A stretch of DNA of 64,000 nucleotides from assembly GCA_051362555.1 (NCBI GenBank), contig JBPQGU010000016.1:2170001-2234000 (forward strand). Reading direction: 5' to 3'. The notes beneath the pieces are model-generated. The model was not told where the DNA came from. It ran no database searches and was given only the letters and a program-made list of their open reading frames with translations. Source of the stretch: Lingula anatina (lineage: Eukaryota; Animalia; Brachiopoda). A program made the position numbers and the translations under genes. Positions 1 to 14,700 of the stretch are shown here, piece by piece; the stretch's first letter is position 1; each line of letters opens with the position of its first letter.

Positions 1-439
1 CAATGCTTGGCTCAAAGTCAATAGAGTTCACAGAAAATATCCCATTATTTCAGTAGATTGTCCTTTGCATAACGTATTGTAGTGGATATCGCTGTCACAT
101 CTGTTAATAATAACCTCATTAGTTCTGAGTCTTCCTCTCAACAATAACGTATTGGAGTTATAACTGTTCTGCCACTTCTCGTAACAACAGTGTCATTGAC
201 AGTTCTATCACTTTGTGGTTGGTCATCACCCATGTAAGTAGGAGTCACACATTTAGCTTTTGAGGGTTTAAGGGCCCCCTTCCCTTACAGGACTTTAAGT
301 GATCATGGTGCACCACCACAACTTTTCTTTTTGCTTTCATCTTATACAAAATTGGAGAAAGCACCTCAATAATTTTGAAGGGACCGAGCCATACAGGCTG
401 TAATATCTTTGAACGACAGGGTTTCGACGTGTTATTATA

Positions 440-2093
440 CAGACTTGAAAATTAATATGGAATTTTTTCCCAAATAATTTTTCATTAGTTTTTTCCTATT
501 TTGCTGACTGATAAATGAGAATAAGGATTGAAATCGTGTTTTAATAACTTTTGATTATCTCTTTGATGTCATTGTGACAGCAGTTCATTAATGGAATTCG
601 CCAGAGAAGCAAACAAAAACACATTGCCTTTTCTATGTCATATGACAACCATTAAAAGATTTATTTTGCATCTACATATTTTCCAAATTATTGTTAGTAA
701 AAGAGTTACACGCTCCACAAAGGACCCAGTGTCTAGTCATAGTAACGAGCGCTGTTAGGCCTGACCTCTTCTGGCTGCTACCAGCGCTCTCAAGTGACAA
801 GGCATTCCTTGGGATAGGTTTTTAGAGTTCAATCTGGAATAACATTCTAGGCATCGGTCAAAATCTGTCAAATTTGGCCCAGTTTTGTTGTAGGACATGT
901 AGGCCATTGATTCGGCGAGCAATGCCCTACCCACATATTGTCTTTGTGGTTCAAATATGGCGATTTTGATGACCAAGGTAGCTGCTCATTCCCTTGGATC
1001 GGTAAGCAATCTGCTATTAAAAGTACTCTGTGTGAACCGGCAATCTCACCGTGCATAGTAAAATTGTTCCTAAGTTGCCCCGTATCAAATGATAGTCAAG
1101 TGGTTGCCAGAATATCCCTTTATTTGATCTGTTCCAGGTATTCGTCGATGACTTCCATTGGTGTTTTGGCACCAATGTGGTATCCACCCCAAATACTGAC
1201 GCTGTTAATGACCTTAGTCACTTTAGACGCTGCGCCCGCTTCGTAATTGCCCTCATCTGGATGTCTGTGAACTCTGTTTTGACAAGTTGAGCACTACAGG
1301 TGAAATCTGACCTCAATAAAGAATGCAACGAGGTTTCAGTGTTCAAGCCAGAAACGGTCAAGGTCCCCAGTTTATTAGAGAAACATACAACGATGTTTTC
1401 TTCTGTTTACAGTGGGTTCCTCAGAGGTCGACTGGTATTCTAACCTGCTAAAACCAGTTTGGTGTTTGCTAAAGGCCTTGAAAATGCATTTTGGTGGCAA
1501 TTTACCCATCATTCTGAAGGTACTAGGTGGTTTTTGTTTAGTTGCAACAGCATGTCCAGAAAGACAGTGGGTCCTGTACCCTGGTGGTAAGATTTCAATA
1601 CATTGGGTGTGGTCTCTGTGTAGGTACATCAGTCTGGGTATTACTCTTTAAAACTGTGCGGACCGTTCCGTTTGGAGCAATTATCTGTCTGGCAATGTCT
1701 GTCTTTTTCTCGCCATTCTGCCACAGATTAACACATTTGTAAAGCACTGCATAGTTCATTTTACACACTGCAAAACCGACCACTTGTATGCAAAATTTCA
1801 AATTATTCTATGCAGTAGTTGCCGACATATGGATACTTTTTTGACAGAACCATGCTTTGCCAAAGCCAAGCTTTGACCTGCCCAAAGGAGCACTACCCAA
1901 TTAAAACACTGCATATTGCATAATGCAGCAGCGCAACAAACCCGGTATACCGTTAATTGGTAGCGACAGACCTGACTACACACTTCTCCATTCACATATC
2001 TTATAAGAGATCGGAGTTTTTATTAAAAAAGAACGCATTTTTACCTAGGCATACCTTCGAAACTGAAATATTCCATATTAAATGTCAAGTTTG
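440..2093 (-). mobile_element. Full-length but degenerate Tc1-type DNA transposon inserted in the Gypsy integrase
   Basis: TIRs CAGACTTGAAAATTAATATGGAAT / ATTCCATATTAAATGTCAAGTTTG flanked by TA at 438-439 and 2094-2095. Minus-strand transposase remnants: HTH-like at 1595-1801, SVSIWGG, and QLPWSSKSPYLNHKDNMW matching Tc1 WPxxSPDLNPIENxW. Confidence 0.88.
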
Positions 2094-2642
2094 TACCTAT
2101 ATACACTAGGTCGCCCTTACAATATTGTGTCTGCCTCGCGTTTGCGTCATAATATGCTTTTTGTGTCTTTAAATTCTCGCTGAGACATTTTCTTGCCAAC
2201 TCGTGAACGCTCTCTAGCTTTTCCTTTAATTGCATGGCATAGCTATTTGGTTAGATTGTAAACCAAACGTAAAATCAATGAACTGTCTAGTTTCCCTTCC
2301 AAACATCAACATGTTTGGGGTCAGATCTGTTTGTCTGTAAGGGACCGCCCTGATTGCGCTTGTAATAAAAGATAAATGCTCATCCCAACTGTTGTCCTGT
2401 CCTTCCAAATAACACCGTATACACTGCATGATAGTCCTATTCTGACGCTTCACAGCGCCATTTGAACACCACCTGTACGGACTAGTTTGGGTTGTGTTAA
2501 TAGACAGTAAACTGAAAACGTTACTTAACAATTCACTTGTTAAATTGGCACCCATGTCGGAATGTATGATGGTTGGACAACTAAACCTAGCAATGAAATT
2601 GTTCACCAATGTTTTTCTAACTGTATCTGCATTTTGATCCGG

Positions 2643-3545
2643 TGTAACAAGAAAATCTGACTCCCATGAAAATCTGACCCCCCCCCCCCCCCCATGAAAA
2701 TTTGACTCCCCCTCCACAAAACTTCATAAATCTTTTTTTATTTGAGTATATGACTGTGATCTTGTAGTATGTAAAATGGAGGATACATTGGCACTTTTTT
2801 TTAAGTTTGCAGGGGAACATTTTCATGAAAAATAAGAAAATTTTAAATGTGCATTTTATCACCCAGTGACTCCCCTGTGAAAAAGCTATCTATTTAATAT
2901 TTGATGATCATTTCAAAATCTTTCCTTTACTTTTACTTTATGAAGATTATATTGGAAATATTTGAAAGTTTGATGGTAAAATATTGGGTGAAAATACAAA
3001 AAGAAAAAAAAAACATGAAAATAAGAAAATTAAAAATGTGCATTTTATCACCCAATAACTCCCCTCTAAAAAAGCTATCTATTTAATATTTGATGATCAT
3101 TTCAACACCTTTCCTTAAGTTTTACTTTATGAAGATTATATTGGAAATAAATGAAAGACTAGGGAAGTCAAAATCCTACGGGTACAAGAATGCAATTTTA
3201 TTATCCTTTTAAAATCACCAATCCCCATTTTTCATTCAGCCTTGGGAAAAATGGGAAAAACAACAGCAAATGTAATGGGAGTCTATAGGAGTCCAAATCC
3301 CATGCATATGAAAATGAAGAATTTCATAAATTATTTTCATTTATTTTTACCTAGTATTTTACCATTCAAACTTTCATATATTTTCAATATATTCTTCATG
3401 AAGTATCCTAAAAGAAAAGATGTCAGAATGATCATCAAATATCAAATAAATAGCTTTTTATAGGGGAGTCATTGGGTGTTAGAATACAAATCCTTAATTT
3501 TCCTTTTTTTTCATGTTTTTTTTAACCCAATTTTTTACCATCAAA
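2643..3545. mobile_element. Non-autonomous TIR element (TGT terminus after CCGG; Ginger1-like), with a second copy at ~22735-23245
   Basis: Begins CCGG|TGTAACAAGAAAATCTGACTCCC with short GAAAATYTGACYCCC subterminal repeats. Colinear with 22735-23245. Interrupts the Gypsy integrase at the PDQ codons. Confidence 0.6.
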
Positions 3546-4611
3546 CGCACGTTTCAAGGTCCCACGTGAACAAGAGATTTCTGCAAGCCGGTTATTTTGC
3601 ACGAAGGCCAGTAGGGAAACCACTGGTAAAAGCAGGTCATATACAGCGACTTCTGCAAAGGGCTGGGGACCACGTGCCTTTGCAGCCAAAACACTGGAAT
3701 CACGTTGTTTTCAGTGATAAGGCCAGATAAGGATTTTTTAGGGTTGATCGTCGAATCCGTGTCCACCGACGTGTACGAGGGGCATAAAACAATGATTGTG
3801 TACTGTCTAGGGTGCAAACAGGGGATGGTAACGTCTCTGTTTGGGGAGCATTTCATGTCGGTGCCCAGAACCAGTTGGTTTTTCTAGGAGGCAACCTCAT
3901 CCAGGATTCTTACAGAGACATTCTACGGCAAACAATGCTTCGATTGGTAAGATTCATCTTCAAGAACAACTTTGTGTACCAAGTCGACTGCGCAACCCCA
4001 CATCGAGGCCGCAGAATCATTGTTTTTCTTCAAAACCAATGGGTTCAGCAACTGCCCTGGCCTGCAAACTCTCCAGATATGAACCCAATTGAAAATCTGT
4101 GGGCGGAAGTAACTCAGAATTAATAGCTATGGTCCTCGGCCGGTAAATAGTGATAAACTGCGACAGGCAAATATCACTGCGTGGAATGATGTCCCCACCC
4201 AAACTCTAAAAAACGTGTCACAGGGTATGCCATGTAGGATGTGGGCGCTGCAAGCGGCTGCTGGAGGTCATACCCACAATTACTGACTTTTCATGATTTA
4301 CTGTAGTGAGTTCTTTGACTGTGTAACATATCACTGTCCGGAGGCTATCATTTTCTTTAATATCTTATCTAAAATTTTATACTGACATCAAACTGTTGAT
4401 ATGGTTGATATGGTTTTCTGGGGGTGTTCCTTTCTTTTGAATGGCATCTTATGTCAGATTTAATATTATTGACCAAAATATCTCACAACAGAAGACTGGA
4501 TGTTATTATCACTCAGTGACATACATTTTTAATGACTCAAGCCAAAAAATATTTAATCAGCACTCAAAAATAACAGTGATAAAAAATATTCCATATTAAG
4601 TAGCAACCCTG
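3546..4611 (+). mobile_element. 5'-truncated Tc1 transposon (DD34E-type transposase remnant)
   Basis: Motifs WNHVVFSD, VSVWGAF, YQVDCATPH, WPANSPDMNPIENLW and GGHT. The right end ...TAGCAACCCTG is followed by TA. Confidence 0.9.
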
Positions 4612-4675
4612 TATGTGAACCCTCTCTAAAGGTGCACCGGTGTGGAAATTTTGCAATTCAGCTCTGAATTTCCTG

Positions 4676-4711
<36 letters not shown>

Positions 4712-7659
4712 GAGCTACACATGAATTGACATACAGTTTGCAGTCGGTAGTCATTCCATACTTATTTTTTAGGTCATGCCAAAAGAGGGTTAAAAGAGCC
4801 TTTATCAAACCTGTTGTAATATAAAACACCATCTTTCATGGACAGCAAATTGAAGTTTGTCCATACAAATTTCACAGCTGTCGAGCATAGATGCAACCCC
4901 TCTTGAGAAGGACTTACATTTTCCTCAATCCAACCTATCACCTTTAATAAGTGAGGATCTTTTAATTGCGCTTCTCTGAGTTGACTTACTGTATACTTGG
5001 CAAACAATTCAACATTCCCAGTATTTTCCTTGTGTGGGTTTACGACAGATGTAACAGTTTTCACGCTTCTTAGAGACAGGTGCCCTGTGTAATCGACATC
5101 TTTGTTAAATCTGTCCCACTCTTCATGAAGCCTGGTACAGTGGTGGCAGCCTCCACAAGGTAATTGTCACACCACAACCAGCTTCATAGTAATAACAGTC
5201 CTTGTGCTGAAGAGGAATGCCTGACAACGAATCAGCATTACTGTGTTTTTTACTCGATCTGTGCTGAATTTCTAAATCACACTGGGCCAATTCCTCCATC
5301 CACCTTGCTAAAACACCATTTAGCAATTTAAAACGCATGATCCAGGTCAAACTGCAATGATCTGTCCATATTACAAACTTTTTACCATAAGTGCCTGTAC
5401 TGCCGAGTAAATCGGACTACTGCTAAAAGCTCCTTTTTAGTCGTGCAATAACGTTGACTAGGAGTGAGAGCAAAACTACCATAACTAATGACCTTTTCAG
5501 CGTCATTTTGCATCTGTATGAGCTCAGCGCCAATACAAGTATCACTGGCGTCCGTGTCTAAAATAATTAAACAATCACTGTCTGGAAAACTTAGCACGGG
5601 ACTATGGACCAAAGCCTGTTTCAAGTCATTGAATGCAACTTCGTGTTCATGAGTCCAATTAAAAACACGTTTGTTTTTGGTCAAATCATTAAGTATATCA
5701 GCAAAACATTTTATGTGACTTCTATGGTAATTAACTAGACCAAGGAATCTTTCCACGTCTTTCTTACATTTCGGACGTGGCCAACGTTGAACTGCTTTCA
5801 CACTGTCAGGGTTCGGAGCAATGCCACTCTCATCTACCAATTTACCCAAATAGAGAACACTCCTTTTGAGTAATGAACACTTGGATGGTTTTAATTTCAA
5901 TCGATTTTCTTTGAATCTATCCAACACCAGTGCAATATTGGCTATAGAATCATCAAAACTGTTCCCAAGCACAACAGCATCGTCCAAGTAAGCGATCACT
6001 TGTCTCCACGTCAAACCACGCAGAACGGAATTGACTGCTCGCATGAAAGTAGAAGGGATGTTAGTCAAACCAAACGGTAGTCGTTTAAATTCAAACAAAC
6101 CGTACTTGGTCATAAAAGCGGTTTTAGGCCGGGAGCTTTCCTCAACTCCAACCTGATAATAAGCACAGATGATATCAAGAGTGCTGAAATACTGAGTGCC
6201 CGCTAAAACATCTAAGGATTCGTCTATCTGTGTAGTGGATACACATCCTTGACGGCCACTTTATTCAAAGCACGAAAATCTATGCAAAATCTCAAAGTGC
6301 CGTACAGGGTATTTCTTTCTCACTAAAACAGGAAGGGATGGCCATTCAAAACGAGAGGGTTGCACAATATCAGCGGCTAACATTTTATCTAATGTAGCCT
6401 TTTCCTCTTGTTCAAAACCCAGAGGTGTACGTCTCAGTCTTTGTTTAATAGGCTTTGTTTCGTTGATATCAGTTATATGTTTAATCTTGGTAAAATGACT
6501 GATATCAAATTCAGATTTCAAAAAAACATCGGTATATTTTATCAAACGATTGCCTAATTTGAGAGACTGCTCAGTGAACAGATTCTCACTAGATCGTTTC
6601 CACAAATCAATCACGTGTTCAGGAATATTATTATCCACATCGTTAGAGTTCACATCAAGAGTGTTCACATCGATTTTTCCGAAACATTTCATAAGGGTAT
6701 CTACAACACTGTACAGGTGCATCCTTTCGTTAGGTGATAGTTTTACAAACTCGTCAAGGGCTTTACCTTCTAGTGAATTGATCATAATTTCGTAGATTTC
6801 TTTGACTCCCCATCCCTTGCTCTTGGCAATGCAACATAATTTTAAGTAATATGAATGAAGTTAGTGCTTCCATCATAGGATTGGAAAAGGGTGGACGGCT
6901 GGGGGCAGATAATGTGTGACTCATTATATATGGGCGATGACCTACCTGTTGGAGGTGGTTGCCGATTTTTCGTCACTATACAGGGGAGTGTCCACTGGCC
7001 TCGACCTTTGCGTGGGGGTGAATCTGGGTACATCCTCAGAGAATTGTCGATGTGGCCCGCTCGGATCAGAATTCTGACACCCATAACGGTACGCTATCAC
7101 GTTTGGGTCAGTGACAACTGGCTGCCCAGGTCTGGTACAAAATCAGGACTTGAACTTATTCGCTCAGTTAAACCATAAGATGAAGACTCCGTTGAAGTAT
7201 CAGAGACAGGATGAGCATCGGCATCATGAGGATAATTTATCTCAATGTGTCCTTGCTGAGCATGAGTCAAGGGTGAAGCTAAATCTTCCAAATAGGGATG
7301 GATTGTCACGTCTCATATATGAGATAAATTCTGTTTGAAATTTCTGCAATCCTTCTGTCATTTTATTAACATTTTCACACAGTCCTTCAAATGTTGAGTT
7401 CAAGTGTCCAATTTCGTTTTCCATTCGTGTAATCCGTGTTTCCTCACAACTACTGTCAATTTCATTTGAGCATAAAGGCTCCACCTTGTTGAAAATCGTA
7501 AAATAATAATTATTCAACGTGATAAAATGTGACCATCCTTGTCGCCATTGTTGTGAGTTCTGCTTCATTACGTTCAAGATTCCCGCACCAAGTCACATGG
7601 TACCCGGTGTCATGCGACACCTGGCGTGACGAATAAACAATACATACACTGATACACTA

Positions 7660-7792
7660 CATCGCAACGGAATCGTAGAGCGTGTCGAATTAAATCAGAA
7701 AATTGGCAAAAGTTCACGAATCCTCGTGAATCCTGAAATTTGTCAATTCCTGGCGATTCGCGGGATTCGTGGTCTGTGTAAAATAGGGGCAT
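7660..7792. repeat. One end of the MITE family seen complete at 63368-63936
   Basis: GAATCCTGAAATTTGTCAATTCCTGGCGATTCG...TAGGGGCATTA is near-identical to 63870-63938. Confidence 0.8.
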
Positions 7793-9005
7793 TAGATAAA
7801 AAAGAAGAAACGTTTCTTAAGATTATTCATAGTATATGACCACTTCATATGATAAGCATTACTTCCTAATGACAGAAGGCGACTTCATTGATTAAATACA
7901 TTGTTCTTCTACCACTTATACACCATTAACCTTGTCTAGGACAGGCCTACCCAACTACCAGACTCGGCACATAAGGATCCTGAATTAACCGGTATATCGG
8001 ACCACACTACCCGTTTTCAAGGCGTGTGTCAGATCGCATTTCGGAGCATCTAACCCCAGAACAAATTTTGTAGGACGACCGCGGGTTCATCCACGCTCGG
8101 CTGTCACCTTGATTGGATAGTAAACGATTGTCGTAAAATCGCTATATGATTTTAAAACCGGTTGCATAAATTTGAAAACCACGTAGAACAACCTTAGACT
8201 TTACTCTAACTTTAGAGTCCTCTATTTCTCTATGGGGGTATGTGGGGACTTTACGACATTCGGTTTGAATGCTTTAACCACTTTTGATAGGGCTTTTTTG
8301 CATTGTATTAGATTAATGTGGCAGTCTAAGGTTGTTCTAGGTGGTTTTCAAGGTGTGACAAAACTGAAACCGAAACTCTTTCAATACGGAAATGCAAAGA
8401 GCATAGTGACAGAAGTATACTCATGATACCATCTGGACAGAATACAGACCATGAAAAACTTGACTGGCTGTTAAGTCAGAAAAGTGAAATATGCCTAACA
8501 CCCATTGTTATTATTATAGTGTGCTCTGCATCGAGGGTCGCATTGCGTATTTTCGTATCCCGTGAAAGTAATTTTTTATTTCTCGATTTGCCCAAAACGT
8601 TCACAAATGTATTATTTAACGTCATCTATGAAGCACCCTATTCTGGTGACTTGTAAATTGGCCTTGGAGAGGGGGGTTCGGGGCATAATGAAGGGCAGCG
8701 AAAAAAATTAGTATTTTAGGGGCCATTAAGAATAGATGCTTCGAGGGGAGGCAGGGAGGTCATCGGGAATCACTTTTGAAATGGGGTTGGCCATGTTTAG
8801 TGGGCGGCTTAGTTAGTCATCGGATCAGCTATTCTGAACGGCCCCTTAAAGGAAGAACCGTGCCATTTGGAACTTTGATTCAGCCAGTCAATATTCTAAT
8901 TTCAAGAAAGGCTCATTGGTGTGATTTTTTTTTTCATAAATCAAAGGGAGGGTCGCCCCCACTTGTCCCCCCCCCCCCCCCTCCAACCCAAATCCGCCAC
9001 TGCAT

Positions 9006-9046
<41 letters not shown>

Positions 9047-9168
9047 CGGGGGAGTAACATTAGTCACTCCCACTCTCGTTCGAGTATATTAAAGCTAGGT
9101 GAATAGAAACGGTCAGCTGACCAGATGTAGGGAGATCTAATTGGGATGCTAAACATCAAGTAACGGTC

Positions 9169-11706
9169 CAGGGTACGAAATAAGGACCGTCCGGCAGCCC
9201 GGGACGGCTCAATTATCACCCGGGCGGTCTCTTTCCAAAAGTTTTCCGTCCGTTTGTCTGGCTATTTTCTGGCCTTTAAAATAATTGTATGTCAGTATGC
9301 ACGTTCATATTAAGCAGATTAGGTTGAAATAAAACGAAAACAATGAAGCTCACCCTTCAAGAAATCGACACTCGAAACAAATGAACGAAAACCGAAAGTA
9401 GGTCATACATGCTTGTTTCACCTTTTTCTCCGTCATGCCTTGCGCAAAGACCCTTCACCGTGTTATGAAACGTATGATACAAAGTATCAAACGCGGCATA
9501 AATATGCTTGTTTACGAGACAAATAACGAACGACGTGTGGTCATTCAAGTTCAGAACAACACGATCTCGTCTAATTACGCAGTTTAAGTTTTGATTCTTC
9601 TTTAATCTGTAATTGTAATTGTACGATGTCTTTCTCATAAAAAAATTAAGTCACGACGCGCGTGGACTATACAAGATTCCGCAGTCAGGATTACCCCTGT
9701 CGCACTTTACCCTCTATAAGTATTTTAATAATGAATGTGATGCCCCAGCACGTAAGAAAAAGTTATCAGACAGTCAAATAAAGTGCATGATGACACCAAA
9801 GCAGGGCTCCACAGGTAAAAATTAAGTTCGGAAAAGTGAATTTGCAGGGTGGGCTGTCAGACAGACAGGTTATGTTTTATTAGAACTTAACAACAAAAAT
9901 CTTGAAAAAGAATTTTTTGTTGCATACTAACGTCTTCTCGTCTCTTCCTGGATGGCATTAAATAGAGTGACCTACATTGGTACAAAACACGTGGTCCCAA
10001 AACGAAGTCTAAGCAAACTTACCGTTAAATTATGAAAGTGAACACCTTCCAGAACTTCACAAGACAAAATTTATTTTCATAACAGGCTGACTACTTAATA
10101 TTCATTTGTTTTAAAATCTTCGTGCTCTAGTAATAAAGACCGTTCTTAAAATAGAAACTACACAAGTACTGGGTACAACAGCCAGATTGGACTGGATGAA
10201 CTGGATGTATCTAGTTTGTTGTCAAGGCAACATACTGCCTGTCAATCAAATGTGTTGCACACTATCCCCTCACAACCATTTGAAGTTGGAACGTTGGGAC
10301 TGAAGATCTTGTTGAAATGTTGTTTATTTGCATAACCTGAAATTTTGTAAGATGTTTTATTTAATGACTCTAGCACCACCTGTGTAAGGCTTCATTCACA
10401 TGCAATGTCTATTTTCTAAATTCTATTTTCTATTCGCGGTATGTCTTATGATCACGGTCTGTGCCCTGAATATCCCGTGGCGTAATTACTGGCAGCGCGA
10501 GCCAGTTACTATAAGTTACTATAAGTAACTGGTTCGCGCTGCCAGTAATTACGCACCTGTGTTATTTACAGTTCAAAATTTAGTGCTGGTATTTGATAAT
10601 CAGCAATGCTGTCAAAATTGTGATATTGATGTAAGGAAGAAAATTGATAAAAATATGAGAATTTAAATGAAAAATGGGAAATTTTGACTGATTTTATTTA
10701 ATTCATAAATTAAAAAAAAAACAAACACATGTTACCCCTAAAGAAAGCAAATTGTTAATATTAATATCAATTTAAAAACTTTAATATTAGTGATATTTAT
10801 ATAAGTAAACTATTATACAATGAATATTCTTCAATTTTTGATGACATTTATTTAAATATAATAAATTTTGAATATTTTAATAAAATAATATAACACTGCC
10901 CCCCCCCCCCCCCCACCTCCCGCTCATAGTTTTTTTTTTAGGACTTAGTTTATCTTCATGTGAATCTGTTATCAAATTTCAGATTTACAATAAGTGGACC
11001 CTGTACCCCAAACCCTAGGAAAAGCCCCGATCAAAACCATGTTAAATCAGACTTCTATGCAAGATTAAATATTCAGGAGTTCACAAGTATAAAAAAACGA
11101 CTTTATCTGTAAATAAATCCACTGCATTTTCCAGGCTCATTTGACTGAATATCTTGGTAATAAATACATTACATGTATGACTACACATATTTATGTTTAC
11201 AAAGTTCACCGAGAGGTATGAATGGAAAAAATTTGGTTTTGTTCGACAGATTGGATTCAAAATAGGACACGTCAAATTTATCCACCTGTCCAAAGGACAG
11301 GTGCTCATTAAAGTTAGTGTCTGGCCCTGCAAAAGGAAAAGATCAGTTGTGCCATCATGGAAAACTGAATTTTCCTGGTTAATTTGTGATGAGACTGATA
11401 GCAAAAACGTCATTTGTAACAAGTGGGTTATGCAACTAGACTCTGATTATGACAGTCGCATGTAGTGAATCAGACTTCTGATTTGGGTTCAGAGCTTAAC
11501 GTTTCAGATGCTGACAGCAAAGAATCTACTTGAATAAATTGACTTTGAGACTAAGAGTCCTTGTTTCAATATCTCTCTGCCTACAATTGGTTTAATCGGG
11601 TAATTTTTTTTAAATCAAGACTGGCTACTTTTGGTCAGGGCTGACTACATTTCAAAGTTGCCAGCCCTGCTGTCCGGCTTCAAATTTATACGAGTTTCAT
11701 ACCCTG
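9169..11706 (+). mobile_element. Probable non-autonomous hAT element with a TTF-zinc-finger remnant
   Basis: Termini CAGGGTACGAAA ... TTTCATACCCTG. The internal frame at ~11330-11430 reads KRSVVPSWKTEFSWLICDE..NVIC, resembling the ZnF_TTF of hAT transposases. No clean 8-bp TSD seen. Confidence 0.55.
10480..10554. repeat. Near-perfect 75-nt hairpin (31-bp arms)
   Basis: Arms GCGTAATTACTGGCAGCGCGAGCCAGTTACT and AGTAACTGGTTCGCGCTGCCAGTAATTACGC pair with one G:T mismatch around a 13-nt loop. Confidence 0.9.
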
Positions 11707-14700
11707 AGTAACCTCCCTCCCCAACGTCATATTTGCAGGTTTCCAAAAGCAGGCAACACCGCAGAAAATGTTTGGGCCAAAAAAGAGCCAGCCAAGGGCA
11801 CATTTCAGGAACACGTTTGATTACCGTCTACCATGGTAGAAATTAAAGAAAAAAAAATTAAAAAAGCAAAACAAAAGAAAAATAAACATATGGAAGCTAT
11901 TAAATCTGCCAGCGCAGATGACATTGCACCCGCCCAGAAGGGAGCTACTGCAGGAGAATCCTAAGTTATTTTCAATCTGAAGAAACAAGCTTTTCAAAAG
12001 GGGCCAAAAAAACAGCGATTAAAATCAGAGCAGTTAATCGCCTTGATTGATGTCAAGGACCTTGGCTTGGGCCTGTTATTAACAGTTAAGTTGCAGTGTC
12101 TGAGTAGTTATGCAAACAATTACCAGCGATGCAATCAGCTTTAAGATTTCATCACAGGATTACAGAGAATGAAATGACTGTCTATTTATCAAAATACATA
12201 TCTGTGAATAGCTTGTGAGAAATCCATCTGTCACCCTGGTAGAGGGTAACGTTTAACATGTCATGGTAATCATTCACAGGTGAAGTGCCAGAAGAGATGG
12301 AGCCTCTCCAAAATAATTTGACCGAATTTGATCTGAGAAAAATACAGCCGTAACAGTCCAGCAATTTGATGAAATTGTGTCTTTTACATACAAGCATCAA
12401 ATTTGGCAAATTGTAGAAAAAGAAATTTTAAGCAAATTTGGATATATGGGCATATACGAAAATACCATAATGGTCGTCAAATCCAATATGACCACCACAA
12501 ATACACTTTGAAATTAAAACTTCAACTATGTAGCTCTTGAATGGCTAAATGCATCATTGAATGGTTGGAAATAAGAAAACAACATGGTAAGAATACCATA
12601 TCAACACCTGCTTCTAAGATGTATAGTGAGTGGTAGTAATAATTATGCTTCCGTCTTACACCGGTTTACACGTTTGAAATGTTTTAATCACTATCCTGTG
12701 AGTAGAAGGGGGCGGCAAAAAATGGAGAACCGTATAAACCCCTCCAAAATTCAAACGCAAAAACACAGTAGCTTAGGTGGAATAACACAATACTTTAGAC
12801 GAGTGAGCCCCATGACGCCGGTTTTTGTGAGCCAGCACGAGCGCTGCAATCAACTGTAAGTAGGTGTAATCAACAGCAAGATACATCAGCCAGAAGGTCA
12901 CCATTGTTTGTTGTGGCGGTAGGATTATAGCTTTAAGAGGCTGGAACCCATGCTACCGCGTGCCACTAAACCGTCTCCCGTAGCAAACTGTCCGCTTGAA
13001 CAAAAGAATGGTTCGCTACCGGAGACCGTTTGTTTACATAAGTACCCTACCCAGGCGTGCCTACCCAGTGGATAAGGCTAGTCACTATGTGCCGTCAACA
13101 ATCGTCTAGCGACCGTATCATTATCCCACTCCCTCTATTGTATTTCCCATAGCTATAATCAACGTGTAATCTTCAAATGATATACGGGGTAAATATACAC
13201 AGACTTAATACTAAGACTGTATTTAGCAGAATAGTGAATTCATCACGCACTTTGGAAGTATACGCATGTTTGAAAAATTCCAACATGGCCTCCAAATCCA
13301 ATATGGCCGCCACGAATACCATTTCAAGAGAACCCTTTTTTGTTAGAAAACACTATGATATAAGTGAAATGTAAATATATGCTTCTTCAAGTGTATAGAA
13401 ATCTTAAATGACCTACAAAAGTAAAATGTAGCCCATTCACTCAAAACATGCAGCAGTATGGTGATTTCATTATGCACTTAAAACTTGACTACAAGCATGA
13501 AGACTTGCGCATTTGCAGAGAACAGGATTTTAGGCGATTTTGTATAGAAGGGCATGCCTAAAAATTCCAATATTACCACAAAAAACACCTTTTTAAAATC
13601 AAAATCCTGCTTCATAATTTATAATAACCTGATATGTTTTTGTATAAATAATATAAATGAATTTTTAAAAGCTTCTCCTTTAGTTACATTGAAATCCAAC
13701 ATTAACTGGATGTAGCTATTCTATATTTGCCAAGGGAAATGAAAAATGTCCACTAATTTTTTAACCAATGATATTTTGGTAAAGTAGGTACTGCACATTA
13801 CGGAAATATATGGTTGATTAACCTATTGCATTAAAAATTGATAATTTTACAAGAGAGGATAACAGCTAGCAAGACCAATTTCTTCTCATTTATTTGTATC
13901 CATTTTAATTAACAAGTGACTGGAATGCCACGCAATTACTTATTTCTTTAGATAATTCTCATTCATTTAAATTTGCATAGTTTTACTTTTGCTTCCCTCA
14001 GCTTTCTCAGAATTTGTGGAAAGCTATGCGCACTACATGTAATCCACTTCCCCCAAAAATACCAACAGAGGTTGGTCAAGTTTCAGGCCAAAAAGCATCA
14101 GTTTACATGAATGAATAACAACAGGATAATAGTGTGGTAGTGCATAGATGAAGGTTATAAATGTGAACCCACACAGATCCCGTCTTCTTAAGCTTCGCAA
14201 CTTATCAAACTACCGAGTACGCAAATGAAAACCAAAATTTGGTGCCTACTTCCTCTTGAGTGCACGACGTCTGAAGCCTACTATTCAGCCTTTGAAAAGA
14301 GCATGCATCAACAGTTGGCCTGTTTTTGGAATGTTCTTTTCACTGTATTTATAATCACCATTTCTCACCAACTTTTAATTCAATAACCTAAGCGTAAAAA
14401 AATTATTAGAAAACCTTGTTTACCTGACCCATTATCTTCAAATATTAGGCGCAGATATTGTAATGGTCCAGGGTTTGGATCCCCCTTTTCAACGCTGACC
14501 ATAACTTCCCATAAAAGCACCGTTTTTTTTTTTTTTTTTTTTTTTTTTTAGACAATTTAACCTGTATATGCCCGATTTTTTTAAACATACACCCAATAGT
14601 ACTTAAGTTGCAACAGAAATCCTATTCAGTCATACAAGTTTGTTAATATCATTAAAACGTACAGTTTACCTATGTTGGATAATATTTAGAGTACACATTA

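Larger units (their letters stand above)
1..7600 (-). mobile_element. Degenerate Ty3/Gypsy LTR retrotransposon (gag-pol remnants) broken by nested insertions
   Basis: All pieces are on the minus strand. Gag-like ORFs at 7097-7577; RT/RNase H at 5382-6113 (PFGL, YLDD, DTDAS, ELLAV); RNase H end at 5123-5350 (LARW...HSNADSLS); integrase core at 2094-2640 (IHSDMG, SNGAVKRQN); integrase C-terminal GPF/VVHHDHLK domain at ~290-437. PBS-like TGGTGCGGGAA at 7580-7590. Many stops and frameshifts. Confidence 0.92.
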
